64,000 nt of DNA from contig CM069157.1 in NCBI GenBank assembly GCA_035221665.1, positions 12,710,001 to 12,774,000 on the forward strand, in the 5' to 3' direction. The stretch comes from Okamejei kenojei. Its lineage: Eukaryota. Shown here piece by piece: positions 26,555-40,779 of this stretch. Below the pieces are notes generated by a model. That model saw only the letters and a list, made by a program, of their open reading frames with translations, ran no database searches and was not told the DNA's origin. The first letter of the stretch is position 1, and the number at the start of each line of letters is the position of its first letter. The translations under genes and the position numbers were made by a program.

Positions 26555-27490
26555 ATAAAGTTTCTATACAGCATATAACCATATAATTTGGTTATATGTA
26601 GTCACTAGCAAAACAAAACTAATCAGTTCACATCCATGGTAAACTCCATTAATCCTACTTTTATAACTAACTTTATGTGGCTTAGTGGTTTCTGTGTGGT
26701 AATACTTCTCCTTAGCATTTTAATTCATTAAAAGTTATTACACAAATCCAAGTTGTAGTTATTAAAATGCCCGACCAAACATTGAATACTTGATGCAGCA
26801 GATACTGATTTTATATATTGCTTTCGTTGAGGAAAAGATGATGACTAAGCTACTTCTTCCCAACATCTCTATAATCAGATAAACTGATTTCGCGAAAAAT
26901 GTGCTGCTTTTATGCTGTGAGGGAACATTTTGCTTTTGATGACATTTTCACACAGGAGATTGTGGGATTAACCTAGATCTCCGCGCTTCATTGACGCAGG
27001 AATATTTCTGTCTTTGAACCAATTCCTTTGGTCCACACTGGTTAAATAACTGCACAAATGGAAAAATAATTTGGTAAAGCTTATTTAACATCAGCAATCA
27101 AAAGACTTAGTTCTTCCCATTGTTAAAATACACTTTTTATGTTAGTGCGCTGCTGTTCCTACGGAATCGTTTTTATCTGTTGTTGTCCTGCCTTTCAATA
27201 ATGGGAATTTGAAATTCACTCAACTCATTCTGAGAAGATTAAAGGCTCTATTTTCAATCTGATGTAAATTTGAAAGCTAACACTGTTATAGTATTAAAAA
27301 TGAATGAATCATCTTTGTTTAGGAACAACAGTAACAAAAGTGAATAGCATTATGTGTTTAATAAGTTGTGATTCACATAGCAAAGATACCTATGTACAAA
27401 AGCAATAAATTAAATAATCCAGTTTGACTGTGATAGACTACCACCTAACAAGGCCAATCAAATAATGGCAGCTCTTCACATGTTTAATTG

Positions 27491-28575
27491 TAAGATTAAA
27501 CGAGAACTCACCTGTTCGAAGTTTGATCGTTATTTTACGAGGAGTTACGATGAGGGATTACGTGAAGAAGAGCCCGCCTCACGCTGGTAACGGCATACTT
27601 CAAAGCAACGGCATGAAAAACACAGAACACCAAAGCCGGAGTAACATAGTAAGGCTCATAAAAAGACTTAGAACCACCATTTGATCATTTATTTTACGAG
27701 GGTGGGAGTGGAGGGCACGTAATCCCTCATCGTAACTCCTCGTAAAATAACGATCAAACTTCGAACAGGTGAGTTCTCGTTTAATCTTAACTATTTTACT
27801 TCGGAGTCACGTGAGTGACTACGTGAAGAGTTTTAAAGCTTTCTGTGTTTTTTATGTCGTAGAATTAATCCGTACGACAGTCCGGCTAAGTAAACTCACA
27901 TACATGAGAAAGCACACAAATGTTAGATCTTTTCACAATTAAGTTTTTTAATGGCTGAAAAACCATATAATACCCTCCTTATATTTGAGGGAAAAATGAT
28001 TACAAGTGACAAAAAGATATCAGTGACTACACAACTGATTATAGCAATTAATAGCAAACAAAGCAGGTGATTATAGTGCTCCCAACACCGCGTGTCCAAA
28101 GCTTGTCATAGTGTGAACAGGTTTGTTGTAGAACTTTGAAAAAGTTTCTTCTTTACTCCACCCTGCGATTTTTTAAAAAATATGCTCGAGAGGTACGTCC
28201 CGCCCCTTCGCCGCGGACGTAGCTGCCGCCTGGTGGAGTGAGATTTGAAGACATCAGTGTCTACTCCCGCTAAAACCAACACCTGTTTCAACCATTTTGA
28301 GATAGTTTGAACTGAAGCTTTTGTGTGTGGCTTTTTTGTGCGTAAGCAGCAATGTCTTTTCGTTTCCTCGAAAAGTGTCCGTCACTTTAATACATTGGTT
28401 CAAATGTCTAACCACACACAAAGCAAGCTCAATATGAAAAGCTTGAAAGGTTACCTTTGTTCCAGATCTCCCTGGTCTACTTTGTTTGATCAGATCGTAA
28501 ACATAGAATACAACGTTATCTGTAGTCACATGCATACAGTCTAAACGCAACATTTGTAAAGTTTGCACTCTTTGG
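27491..28575 (-). mobile_element. DIRS-type tyrosine-recombinase retrotransposon, 3' end (YR C-terminus, ICR, right ITR)
   Basis: Frameshifted YR: QRVQTL...LIKQSRPG...LCVVRHL...LKQVLVLAGVDTDVFKSHSTR; perfect 74-bp inverted repeat 27491-27564 / 27716-27789. Confidence 0.88.
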
Positions 28576-31500
28576 GGTGGGATATCGGGGGGGCGGGTGG
28601 TCATGGGTATGGTTCTGGTCACAATTGGGATTGGGGGTGAAAGTGAATTGGTATTCCCGGATTGGGGAGGAATGGGAGAGCTTTGGTCGTGATTGGTAGT
28701 GGAGATATGAAATTTGAGAGGGTGTGAAGTGGGGGGGAGAGGTTGGATGGGGTTTTTGGGAAGGTGTGGTTGAGGGTGTGGTTGGGTCTGGAGTCAATTG
28801 GTGGGACCGATATAATGGATGTTGGAAAAGTTCGTGGTAGTAATTTGATAGGAGGGACGGGGGTTGGGATAGGGTTAGCAGTTTGGGGCGGAAATTTTGA
28901 GATTTGGGGATTGGTTGGAAGTTTTTATGGTGGTTTATGGGATATGTTGATGATGTTTGGTGGCGGGTCGGGGGTGCGATTTTGGAGAGAAATGTGAGGT
29001 TGTGAGGGGGATGTGTGGGGGGGGAGGGGGGGAGTGGAGAATGGTAAGCTGGAGAATTTGTTATCGGATTGGCGGGGGCAAGTATATTGCAATGGGAAGG
29101 GTTGGGGGTGGTGTGAGAACGGGGATTTTAAGGATTGAATGGTTAATTTGGATGTGTGGATCGTGTTGGGCGGTTGAGGATGGGGGGGTAGGGTGGTGGA
29201 TTGTGTGCTAGGCTATGGGCTCTGTTGAGGATGTGTAGGGGCAGGGGCTTGATGTTGGAGGGGCATTTACTGGGGGAGGAACCCATAGGTGTTGTTTGAG
29301 GTTGGCCTATTTGGCACTACCTCAATTCCGGGTTAGCGGTAATCGTGTACTATTTTTCTTCTAGCCATCTCGGGATCTGATGCAATTCGGGGGTGGTTTT
29401 GCTGTTTCTGTTTTTTCTGGGGGCCACCTGGGGTTGTTTTTTGGATGGCCGGTATGCTATCTGGCTACGTTCGGGGGGGCCTTGACTCAGTTGGTGGCAT
29501 TTGGTTGGTGGTTGAATGGTGGTGTGATTTTTTGATTGGGAGGGCTTAAATTGTGAGGAGTTTATTGTGGAGGTTTGTGGGAGGAGAGGTTTATGAAGGA
29601 AGGTGGTGAGGGGTTTTTGAGGGTCAGTTATTCGCGAGTACTCTGGGGCGGGTAGGGTGGTTTGAGGGTCGGCTTGAATGTGAGGAAGTCATTGTATTAA
29701 TGGGAATGTGCCAGATCCGGGTCCCTGTATTTGATGTGGGATGTTGCGTGAATTAGAGCACATGGGGTGGTTTGTTTTCATGTGATGGGTGTGGGGGGTG
29801 GGGTTCTATTGGGATGTCAGGGGGGTGATCTTTCATTTGTGGCGGTTGACATTGGTTATGGAAACATTGCTTAGTATTTGCTTGGGATGTCAATGGTCGC
29901 GGGGTGTTTATAGGGGGCGGATGGGGGAATGCGTCCGCCTAAATTGGTGGTTGTTTGAGGGGAACCTGAAGTGGAACGAGAGTGCTAGTGATGCTGTGGG
30001 GTGTTAAATGGCGCTGGAGTGGGGGTTGATGTTTTGGGTGGTGATGAGCGGGGGGAATCGCGGGTAAGGGGGTTAAATAATGGGGTTTGGGCATTTCGCT
30101 ATGAGAGAGGGGGCCCTAGGTTTGTATGTGGAAAGGGGATTTGGGGCAGGAAGGACGCGTGGTGTGGGGGTGAGGGGTACAGTGACGTTGTGTGAATTGT
30201 TTGGGTTGGTTCATTTGGATTCGGCTGGTTGGATGAGTGCTTGGGCTCTTGGGGGGGCTCACATCCTGGGCGAGGGAGGTGGGTTAGGTGTAGGGGGGGT
30301 AGGTTTTGTTTGTCTTAGTGTCCTTTTTTTTCATCGTCTGTTTCTTGGGGGGTTAGGGTTGGTTCTGTGGCTATGGGTGTGTAGGTCTTTCCCATTAAGT
30401 ATATTGTTTTGTGCTGGCGGCTGCTGGGCTTTTTTTATGTGGTATTTAGTCTTTGTTACCTCTTCAGCTTTAGTATCTGGATTAACTGTTTGTCCTCAGC
30501 TGACTCCTGAATTTTCACTTTTGTCCTAATCTGCATTGTGTTATAGCTCTGTTTGATGGGCAATCTTTTGTGGGCACTTTAGTTTCGGGGTGTGACTTTA
30601 TGGGGAGGGTCTTGTGGTTTTTGAGGTTAGTATACGGGAATTGGGGGGATTTTGCGGTTAGGAATGTGGGGGAAACATATTAATTTGGGGTTTTGGGTGG
30701 GTCATAATTTTAAGGTGGATCGTGGGTATGTTGTTGTGTTGAGGTAGGCGGAATGGTGGTTGAGGTGACTGTGTTATTAAGGGGTTGGTTTGTGGGGGAT
30801 GGTGGACATGGTAGATGGGGTTATGGGGGGTTGGAGTAATGTAGGTGGCTTGTCCTGGTTTTGTCCTGTTGTAGGCGGATTAATGCTGAGGGTTGGAGCG
30901 GACGCACGTTATGGTTTGGTATTTTGTGTGGAGCGGGGGACTTTTGCAGGGGAATGGTAAGAGGGGACTGTGTTGGATGGCACTTTCCGGGGTTATGTTT
31001 TGAGAGAGGGGGCTTGGGATGTTTTATAGGGGGGTGTTTTATGTTGTGGGGGTGGAGGGTATGGTGGTGGTTAAAGAGGGGGGGGGGGGGGTGAGTTTTG
31101 GTTGTGGTGGGTTTGGTTAAGGAGAGGTTGTGGTCGTTGTTTTATGTTGTGGGTGAATGGAGGATTGTTTCGGGGGGGTTGATGAAAGAGTTTAGGGTGT
31201 GTTGACGATAAGGGGAGGTGGGTTGATGTTTTTATTGGAGGGTTGGAAGAGGACTGTTGCCGCTGCGGGGAGGGGCGCCGGTCCCCACGGGTGTAGGGGG
31301 GTTGGTGGGGGGTGGGCTTGTTCATTGTATTTCGGAAGGGTTATGTGGGAGGAAGAGTGGTCACTTGGTGCACTTTGCCCCGGATGGGCGGGGCTTTATT
31401 AAGGGGGAGGAATTTGTCGTTGGGGGATGGGATGGGATTTTGTGGGTGAGGGGCTGACAGCGTCGAAATTGGGCTTGTTGGGAGGACTGATTTACTGCCT

Positions 31501-34500
31501 TTATGTTTTACTAAGTGCTTTTATTATCATCCACTTGCTCGTCACATGGTATGCAACCTTGGGTTTGGGGGTATTTTTATATTGGCACTTTGTGACTTGG
31601 TGTGGGCGTGTTTCTGGGAAGTGGTTTGTTTGGCATATTTGAGGAGGGTGGGGTGGGGGTGAGGGCTGCGGCAATTTTGCAATGTAGAGTGCTGTTTATG
31701 GTGTGTGGTGGTGTTTTACTCTGTGTGGTAGATAGATGTGGGGGGGGTCATGGGTGGCAATGTGGTTAGGTTTTATTTTTTTTGTTTTTCCGGTGGAGAG
31801 GGATCTGGTTGTAGGATATTTGGGAAGGGGAGGGGCTTGTTGTCTGTGGGGATTGATAGCATTATGTTGCTGGTTGGGGCAGGGGGTCGTGTAATGTGTG
31901 TGTGGGGGGATGAGTGGTGGGAGGCCTGTGAGATAATAGGCAGGATGTGTGTGATTTTTTAAGGGGGAGTGGAATGGATGAGGGGGCAAACAGCACGGGG
32001 CTGTGAGGGGCATGGGGTTTTTTTGTTGGTTTTTGGTGGTAGTGCTTTCTAAATTGCCTAATAACCTTCATCTGGGGTCTGCCTTACCGCAGCCCTTTTA
32101 ATGCATTTGGGTGGTCTTGACATGGTGTCGGCGGAAGGACACCTTTTCATGCGGGGACCGGTGTGGTTGGGCCTTCGGACCTTGGTCGTGAAACTGGGAA
32201 TGTGGGGATGATGTTGGTTTAACAGATGAGGGTTGAGGAGGTTCCGGAAGAGGGTAGTGGGTAAAAGTGGCGACTGTTCGGTGGGGGTGGTTAGGGAGAA
32301 TGGTGGCAGAATGTTGATTGGAGACTTGTGGGGGTAGGTGGGGGTGGTTAAAGGGGAATTGGGGGGTGGGTTGGGTGTGATGATGTGTATGATGTTAATA
32401 GGGAAAGAGATGTGGGGGGTGGGGGGGGTGGGGAAATGGGTGATTTTGCTGGTGCTGGGATAGTCCGTGGGGGTTGCTGGGGGGTTTAGTTGGCGCTAAG
32501 GTTAGGGTTGTTCGGAGGGAATAACGCAGGGAGAGAGGTTCCGGCAGACGATAGTGCAGGGAAAGGTGTGGGTGGTGGATATCATGGTCTGATGGGTTAA
32601 AGAGTTGGTGTTAGGGTCTGCTGATTTGGGGAGGTGCAATGCATATTTGGTAGAGGTAGGTGGGTTATGTGGGAAAGTTTCTGCTGGGTCTTCCACACTT
32701 ACCAATTGCGCCCGGAGTTTTTTCACCTAATTTACGGTGCCTTCCTGCGGGGCCGTTACGTCGCTGCGGAGGAGATGTCTCCGTACTGCTGCTCCACATT
32801 CTGCCGTCTGCGTCGGTAGTCTTGACTGGGTCATGAGGGGCGTGGAGGGCGAGGAGGATAGGTGGGGATCGATCGTGTATCCGTTTCTGGTTTTTGTGGT
32901 AGTGGGTGATACCCGTTGCAGGGTATTCGGGTATGGCTGGTATTTTGATAGTTGCTCGGGCGGGTGTTGGTTTGGGGGTTTTGAGGAATGGGTCCCTGTG
33001 GGGTGGAGGTGGGTGTGTGTATTGTTGTTTGTTTGCGTTTCATGCGGCATTGGGGATCGTTAGGGATAGAAATATATTGCCCGCATGGGTAGGTGGGTGG
33101 AGGGGCGTGGAGTGGGTAATGAGATTGGGACTGGATGGCGGATTATGTAGGATGGATGTATGATATTAGTGTATTCGAACTCTAGTATGAAATGTAGGTG
33201 GAGGGCCCCTGACACGAAGGAAAAATATGCCACATATTTGGACAGTTATAAACTGAGAGGATGCCAAATTTAAGTTTCATCTTATATCAGTGTCTGTTCA
33301 TAGGTTCTTTAGCTTGAAAGTGGTCGTTTCGCATCCCACTTTTTGACTACTTAGATATTTGAGCGAGATATTAATTTGCTGGTGGGAACTCTGCGGCCGC
33401 GGGGCTGGGAGTGTTTGTGCTATCTTGGGAGTGTTGGTGTGGCGTCCGGGCGGGGGGGCAATGTCAGGTCGGCTTGTCTGTGTGGGGTGGGGGGGAATGA
33501 TGAGGTTGGGGGAGAGGTGAAGGAGTTGACGGGGAGGGACATTGGTTAGGACTTGGGTGGGGTTGTAGGTGGGGTTTGCACTATGCTGTTGTTAGGTGTT
33601 TGGTGGGCAGGGGCTTTGGGGGTAAGGGGGGTACTTGGGGGGGTCTTGAATTATTTTGGTGTAGAGGGGGGGGGATGGGGGTTCGTGGTTGATGGGTTAT
33701 GTCACTGGTGGGGGTCTGTTCATGTGTGGTTTTTGGTGTGGGGATGGGAGGTTCAGGGAATAGTTTTTAAGGTGGCGGGACAGGATGCGGGTGGGTGGAG
33801 GGGGATTCTGGGGGGGAATTACATGTAAGCGTTAGCAATATGGACGGCCTTCAGAGTGGGTCCAGTGAGTCTGGTGGCAATGGTCGTTGTGGGTGTTGTT
33901 GGTTTTTTACTGCGTCATGGTTTGTTTGGAGTGTGGTAGCAGTGGAGGTGGGGGGGTCGCCAGTAGGTGCGGGTGTGTAGCGTGTGGCTGTGGGATCCGG
34001 TGTGCGGTGGGTATAGGATATTTTATTTTGTGAGTGCCGTGGCTGGTCTGTCCGTGCCCAGTGGGTGGTGCTTCCTATTGGTTTGATGTGTTTTGGAGTT
34101 GTTGTAATAGGTATACATTATGGGGGCAAAGAGATTTATCTGTGTCGGGAAACCATTTTGTTTTAATAGCCCTTATTAATTGTAAACTGAATTGTTCTTA
34201 TCAGTTGATGTACTGAATGACAGTTCCATTGATGCCCTTTAAGAAGGAATTAGTTTAATGTAAGGCATGTATAAGAAATGTGGTAAGTATAATGAAGTTG
34301 CTCGGCGGGATTGTGTGTTCTTAATGTGTTAGAGCCACAAGTATCGATCCAATGGGCTAAATGGTCTTATTCTTCTGCATTGTATCCACTCTATTTTAAT
34401 TTATTCAAACTTCTTTCAGGATCTCGGCTGCGTTTCGGGAAAGTTTAAACAAGGTCGGTTCTCTGGCTTAAGTAATCCAGGGGACAGAGTTCAGGAAATG

Positions 34501-35700
34501 TGCTGTGCCATTCGACAGGGTGAAGGATTCTTATACCACCTAAACAAGTTTGCGGACTTACATTCATGGTGGAGCGAATTATGGTGGATTCAGTAAAAGT
34601 AGAGGTGGAAATATGGTATTCGAGGTTAGAGAATGACTAATTTCCATTCACTACATAACAATGCATTGCTCAAAGGCCCTTTTGGCTTGCTCCCACCTCT
34701 TTTTGTCTGGCTGCTAATTGCTGAATTTGCATGCAATCTCTTATCATTGATTGCTAGCAGGGTCTGTTGATTGTTGGTTGGACTTATATCTATCTTACTC
34801 GGTGTTTTCTTCAGGGTGGCCACTTACCCTTTGGGGGTGGGATAATGTTAATGAGGCGTGATGTGGTGTTGCTGACTGAGATTGATATTGAGGGGCGGGC
34901 CTTTGTTGGGGGTGGGGGTTTGTTTGTTCGGTGGATGATTGAAGGATTTATGGATTTTATGAGGCTGGTGTGATGGTAAGTTTTTAGGGTTAAGGGCTAA
35001 GGAAGGAAGAGAGTAGGGAGAATTCAAAGAAAGAACCAAATTATTGCTTTGGAGCTTGGGGTTTTGAGTAGGGGTGGGATGGGGAGAGGCGTCTTTTCTT
35101 GTTTTGTTGTGTGGTGGTGGGTTTTTATTTGTTAGGGTTTTGGAGAATGCGGGTTTTGACTTTGAGTCTCCTCCCTGGTTCGTTTTTCGTGAATTACAGA
35201 TTGGTAAGAATCTGGATTGTCACTTAACATAATTTGTCAGACGTTTTGTTTGTTGATTTTCTCTTATCTTGTAGGTGTTATCCAGAAAAATTTGTCATGC
35301 CCGTTTGTTGTTCCTTTTGTTATTTGTTTTTTTTGGACTTTGTGGGACGATGGGGAAAGTTGTTTTTGATGAAATCATAAGCAATCTCCTTAACTTTAAA
35401 TAGGTCAATTGGAAATTCCTTTTTGTAGGCTCAATATGGACTTTAAAAGCCAAGCGTGTATGTTTTACCAATAGTTTCATTCTTTTTTCTGCAGTATTGC
35501 GGACAGTTATCATTAGTTGGTATGATAAAGTTTAAATTTACTGTTTGGTTTGTGTTGTTCTTTTGTTTCTCGTACTTCTGGCTTATATGGTAATGGTCCA
35601 TCTGGTTTTCCTTTGTGTTGTCTCGATTCGCTTTGGGTACTTCTCTCTTCCCGGGCAAGATTGGGCTCTTTCCGGGCTGGGTCCTGTGGGAGTTAGAGAT
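28576..35700. other. Strongly G/T-skewed low-complexity region, probably low-quality consensus; the first ~4.6 kb is probably the garbled DIRS body
   Basis: Abrupt compositional switch in the middle of the YR ORF; no periodicity; no credible ORFs; lies close to the N gap. Confidence 0.65.
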
Positions 35701-37117
35701 TGATGGAAAAAAAAATGTTAGGTAGTCCTCATACTCTTCGAGGGGTTATCAGCTTTAATTCCAGAAGTATCAAAATACCTACATTGAACGGGAGGATAGG
35801 GCATTCCATTATAAGGTAACTGGACATGTCCATAAGGAACGTCGTGCCAAGAGAGCAGGTTTTTCATGGTAGCAATGTTTTAATGAGTCTTAAAGTTGGG
35901 GATTGTGCATCACTATTATAGTACTTTCATCTGAGGTGCTACTGCATGACAAACATTGTGTAAGGAAATTTAAGGCCAAAACAGCCCGATTACCCATATT
36001 TGTCAACCATACCTACAGCAAAGGCACCTCTAACTGTGACAATAGTGCACCCCCCCCCCCCCCCCCGGGAACCCCCAAATTCAACTCAGAGAGAAATTTA
36101 CAACTTCCAACCTTCATGACAGGCGTTCCACAACCAATTCAGAATAGTAATTGTATTTCAAATGTAAAGTTGGGAGAAACGGCAGCAGATTTACGAAACA
36201 AAAATGAAATTACAATCAGAAAAAAATGCTTTTGATGATCGGCATTGGCGGATTCCTGCACTTCTTTACATAGACCAAATCAGCAGTAAATCAGATGTCG
36301 AAACTGATCTTCTTGTGGCCATGTATATAGCCTTTATGGTTTGACAATACCAGTTAGATTAACAGCCAACCTGAATCTACAACTCTCCAAACGTACCACA
36401 ACACTAATTTACAGACGTGCTTTGGAATAGGGAAATTTTGTTTTAACTACATTATTCACAGCCACTTTTACTTCAATATCGATCATAAAGCAGATCAGAT
36501 GCTTTACTGTTGCAATTATTCACTGTACACTTCTGTACGGAATCCATATATTGATTCTTTTTCTATTCATATCAGGTTTGACAATAAGCAAACTAATCTG
36601 CATTCACAAGTAAGATGCTAATGGATTGGACTGTGTCCTGCAAGTTTCGAAGATCGACACAAAATGCTGGAGTAACTCAGCGGGACAGGCAACATCTCGG
36701 GATAGAAGGAATGGGTGATGTTTCGAGTCGAGACCCTACTTCAGTAATTCAAACGTAACAAAACTTTTTATGATGTTTTTGTTCTGAATCGGCCATTTCA
36801 AAGTTCTTCCAAATACCTGAAATATGACAGGAGCAAAATCTAAGGATACTAAGGGAATCAGTAAAGAGATACTGTGTTGGAATGATCCAGCATGATCAGA
36901 TTTATATGGGCGGTGCAGGCTAGGATATGGCCTACTCCTGCAACTATTTTTCTTGTTTCTATGTTTCACACAATATATATGTGTGTGTATGGGGGTATGT
37001 GTATATATTTAAATTCATACATACATGCATACTTGTATATTTGAATATTATCTGCAGTTGCACTGGTACAGTGAGATATCGCTTGTTTTGGTGTTGTGTT
37101 TAACAAAGTTAGATTCT

Positions 37118-37245
37118 NNNNNNNNNNNNNNNNNNNNNNNNNNNNNNNNNNNNNNNNNNNNNNNNNNNNNNNNNNNNNNNNNNNNNNNNNNNNNNNNNNN
37201 NNNNNNNNNNNNNNNNNNNNNNNNNNNNNNNNNNNNNNNNNNNNN
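37118..37245. other. Assembly gap (128 N)
   Basis: Run of N. Confidence 1.
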
Positions 37246-38159
37246 TATATTTTTTCTTTTTTATTATATATATTTATATATAATAAATATTTGGCATAAC
37301 TTTTTCTGAAAGCAAGATACTAATTTAAGCAACCAAACCATGAAGTTACTTTCCTACTTTTGCTTAGGATCTTCCTCGTCGCCGTTTTTAAGTATATAAA
37401 CAATTAAGAGGTACAGTTATGGAGGAGGAAACATTGGGATTATGCACTATCCTTTATTTGTATATGTACTTTGAAATAAACATTAACATATTACCCCTTT
37501 ACAGTCCAAATTACATTAAATATAACACTTGGTATTTTGCCTAGAAAGATATAACACAATAATTTCTAAATTATAACATTTTAGATTTCATCTTTACAAG
37601 TTAAAAACCTTCCTGTAGTTATTTATTCAAACAAAATTTGATATGATAAATAACTAATGCAAATATTGAAATAGATAAGACCATAAGTTTTGGACCAGAG
37701 AGGTACATTTTAAGATGCAGGTGTTGAAGATGGTTCTCGACCCGAAGCATACCCATTTACTTCTCTCCAGAGATGCTGCCTGTCCTGATGAGTTTACTCC
37801 AGCAATTTCGTGTCTCCTTCGATGTAGAGGAGATACGTTTTAGCAATTATTTCAGAGCTTTTACAGATACCTGATTGACAATAGGTATAATATTTAATCT
37901 TCATTTTTAAGAAGTATAACTGCAGATGCTGGAAATCGAAGGTAGACAAAAATGCGGAGAAAAATAGCGTGTGGCAGCATCTATGGAGCAAGGGAAGTAG
38001 GCAATGTTTCGGGCAAAAACCTTCTCTGCAGGACTTCGACTTCAGTCTGAAGGAAGGTTTCAGCCGGAAACGTTGCTATTCTTGCTCTAGATGCTGCCTC
38101 ATCCGCTGAGTTTCTCCAGAATATTTACCTCTTAGGTGACTATGTTCCTGTTACATATA

Positions 38160-38470
38160 GCCAGGTTTCTCACAAGTTTTATTTTTAATACTTACCATAC
38201 ATTGAACCGGGTTCAACACCTTGAATTCAACATCACATTTCATTGCCTTTTGTCTCTTTTCATATCTGGTCTTTGTCATACCAATATGTCCAAATCTAAC
38301 CTCCTCTCTCATATAGTCTACCTACCACTTGCCTGGCTTTGTCCCCTTGTGCCACCTCATTTCCTGTTTTCTCTCCCTACTTCAACTAGTCCCTGAAGAA
38401 GGGTTCCGACCCAAAAATATCGCCTATCCATTTTTACTCCAGTGATGCGCTGACCAGCGTAATTTTTGTT
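38160..38470 (+). mobile_element. Degraded Penelope 3' end with terminal repeat
   Basis: Residual GIY-YIG C-terminal coding (…cttgaattcaaca…), pyrimidine-rich 3' UTR, then ctgaagaagggttccgaccc core at 38393. Confidence 0.6.
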
Positions 38471-40779
38471 CTTGTGCATTATTCATTTATTTGATTTTAT
38501 GTACTTCTTTGGGCAATGCGTACAATTTCTGTACCCAACCCAGAACCACTTCCCCTGCCTGTCATTATGCATGACGGACAGAGAAGATTCTGCTGTCAAT
38601 CCTTTTACTTCCTTATTAAAATAAAACCAATGCGCAATCCGCAACAAAGAGGTGTATTAGCACTTTAATTTCACAGTTAATTAATATCTACTAGTAAAGG
38701 TTGAAATGAATGCATCACATTCCAGTTCCCTTTCGACTTGGTGTAGGTTGTTGACACTAAACACAAAGTTTTACCACCTTACATAGCTGCTCTTTTGTTC
38801 ATTCCCAATCAAATCATACTACAAATCTTTTAGCTTAACTAATGAAAGCCATTTCTCTCATAGTCTTTCTAATTATTGGGGAAAACTATCAAAATATTTA
38901 AAAAAATACACATATTGATGTGAGTAACTTTGCGGCCAAGCAGGCCAAATATTTTTTTACCCTCTGGGCAGGGGGGCATTTATGTGACTTTCGGGTCGGG
39001 ACCCTTCTTCAGGGGACCGTTTGAAGTGTCATGTTCTGATGTTACCTTAGACATGCTTGCTCTCCAGAGATGCTGCCTGACTGCTGTGGGTGTCATGATC
39101 CTGAATCAGTTACCTACATGCTCTCCAGAGATGCTGCCTGTACGCTGTGGTACTCCAGCATTTGTGTTTTTTTTTTGTACAAAGCTGCTGGCTTGCACTT
39201 CTTTAAATCTCCTATATCAAAATATTTAGTTCGTGTCATAATTACACTGAAGAAAGAGGTTTTTCTCGCGCTTTATTGTTTTGAATTTCTATAGCTTTGT
39301 AATATAGAAAGGGTTTCTAGATTTACGAATCAAAATAAAACGTTATTTTCAGGACGGAAATTGATCATAAACAGTCATAAAACATTAATATACATAAAAT
39401 TAATGTGAAAAGTGGAAAGCACTTGGGGATGTGGAAAGATTGGGGAGGAGGGGCAGGGGAGGAGAGTCAGTCTGTCTACCATGGCAAGAGGTAGGAGGAG
39501 TGTAAGTTTGATAGCCACAGGGAAGAAGGAGCCCCATGTGGCATTCTGTCCTGATTTGGAGTTCATCAATTGGTCTAGTTCAATATAATGTTATTGTAGA
39601 GTATGAAGATCAAGCCTTAATTTTTTTCGACCTGTTTATGATGAGTGGTTTGATAGTTTTCAACAAAACTGAAGGGAAAAATGTTCAAAGTAATTTATTT
39701 TTCCATAACATACCAGTTACTTGAATGTTGAAGCTACAGTTTCCAAAATAGAATATGTGGTTATTATATTAAACTATTTTAATAGTGATGGCATATGGCC
39801 CCCGTAAATAGATTAAAAACCACTATTGTAAATGCGTATTTAACTCTTGTGAAACTTCAGTTATAATTTGGTTAAAATAAGTGTTTAAAGTAAGATGTTT
39901 TGATGTATTAAGTAACTTTTAGTATAAGTAGTCATGTTTATTTTTTTTATGGTTGGTATGATATAACATGTTATTTTAGATTAAAGTAAATTTAACTCTA
40001 AATTATGAACATTACATATCTATGTATCCACAAATGGACCTGATATCTCCTACTATTATTTATACCTTTTTTGAAGAAGATTAATCAATCACAATGGACT
40101 TTAAATCATTTTGTATTTAGTAGAGGCATATTCGTTTCATGTCCATCACATTTTGCTTACAAACATGTAATCTCTTGAAACGAAGCCAAAAATTGTTATA
40201 AAAACATGCAGCAGAGCAGATGGCATCCTGAATTATTTTGTAATCATTTCCGGTTTCCGGTTTTATATGAACCATCGTTGTGTGAGATGATAATACGAAA
40301 AAAAATCACAACTCCGCACACAGGCATCGAGTTTTTAACTTTTTACACTGCCTGGATTTTCTTGATGGCGAATTCAGTTTTAGAAAAAAAAGACTGTTAT
40401 GCTAAAATATAAAATAAAAGAACCATTGAAAGAGCAGAAAGAAAATAAAATTAAATAACTGTAAAAAAAGCAGACCACTACCAATCATTTAACGAGTAGG
40501 TGATTCCTGGATTCAGTAGGATTAACTGTAATAAAAAATTGTTGTTTTATTATAGTTTAGTACACAATAGTGTCAGTGAAAAATCAAAACCTCACACAAA
40601 ACATCTGCTTAGGGAGGGGATTTAAAAGGCCCGTTAAACTCCTGAGGGGAAGCCTTTCGGATTCGATTAAAGAGGATTGTTGTTGCTGCGAAAACTAGCG
40701 ATCAAAAACACTGCAAATAACGTGGTCTCCGTTCGTTAAAAAAACTCCATTTCTCAGGAAGAGCTACCGGCCAAGATAA

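Noticed and set aside
26832-26892. C/D-box-like ATGATGA...CTGA with a short terminal stem
   Set aside because: Too short, antisense to the host intron, and no recognisable rRNA guide
28576-35700. Numerous Gly/Trp/Val-rich and Pro/His/Thr-rich ORFs
   Set aside because: Explained by compositional skew; no domain motifs or splice structure
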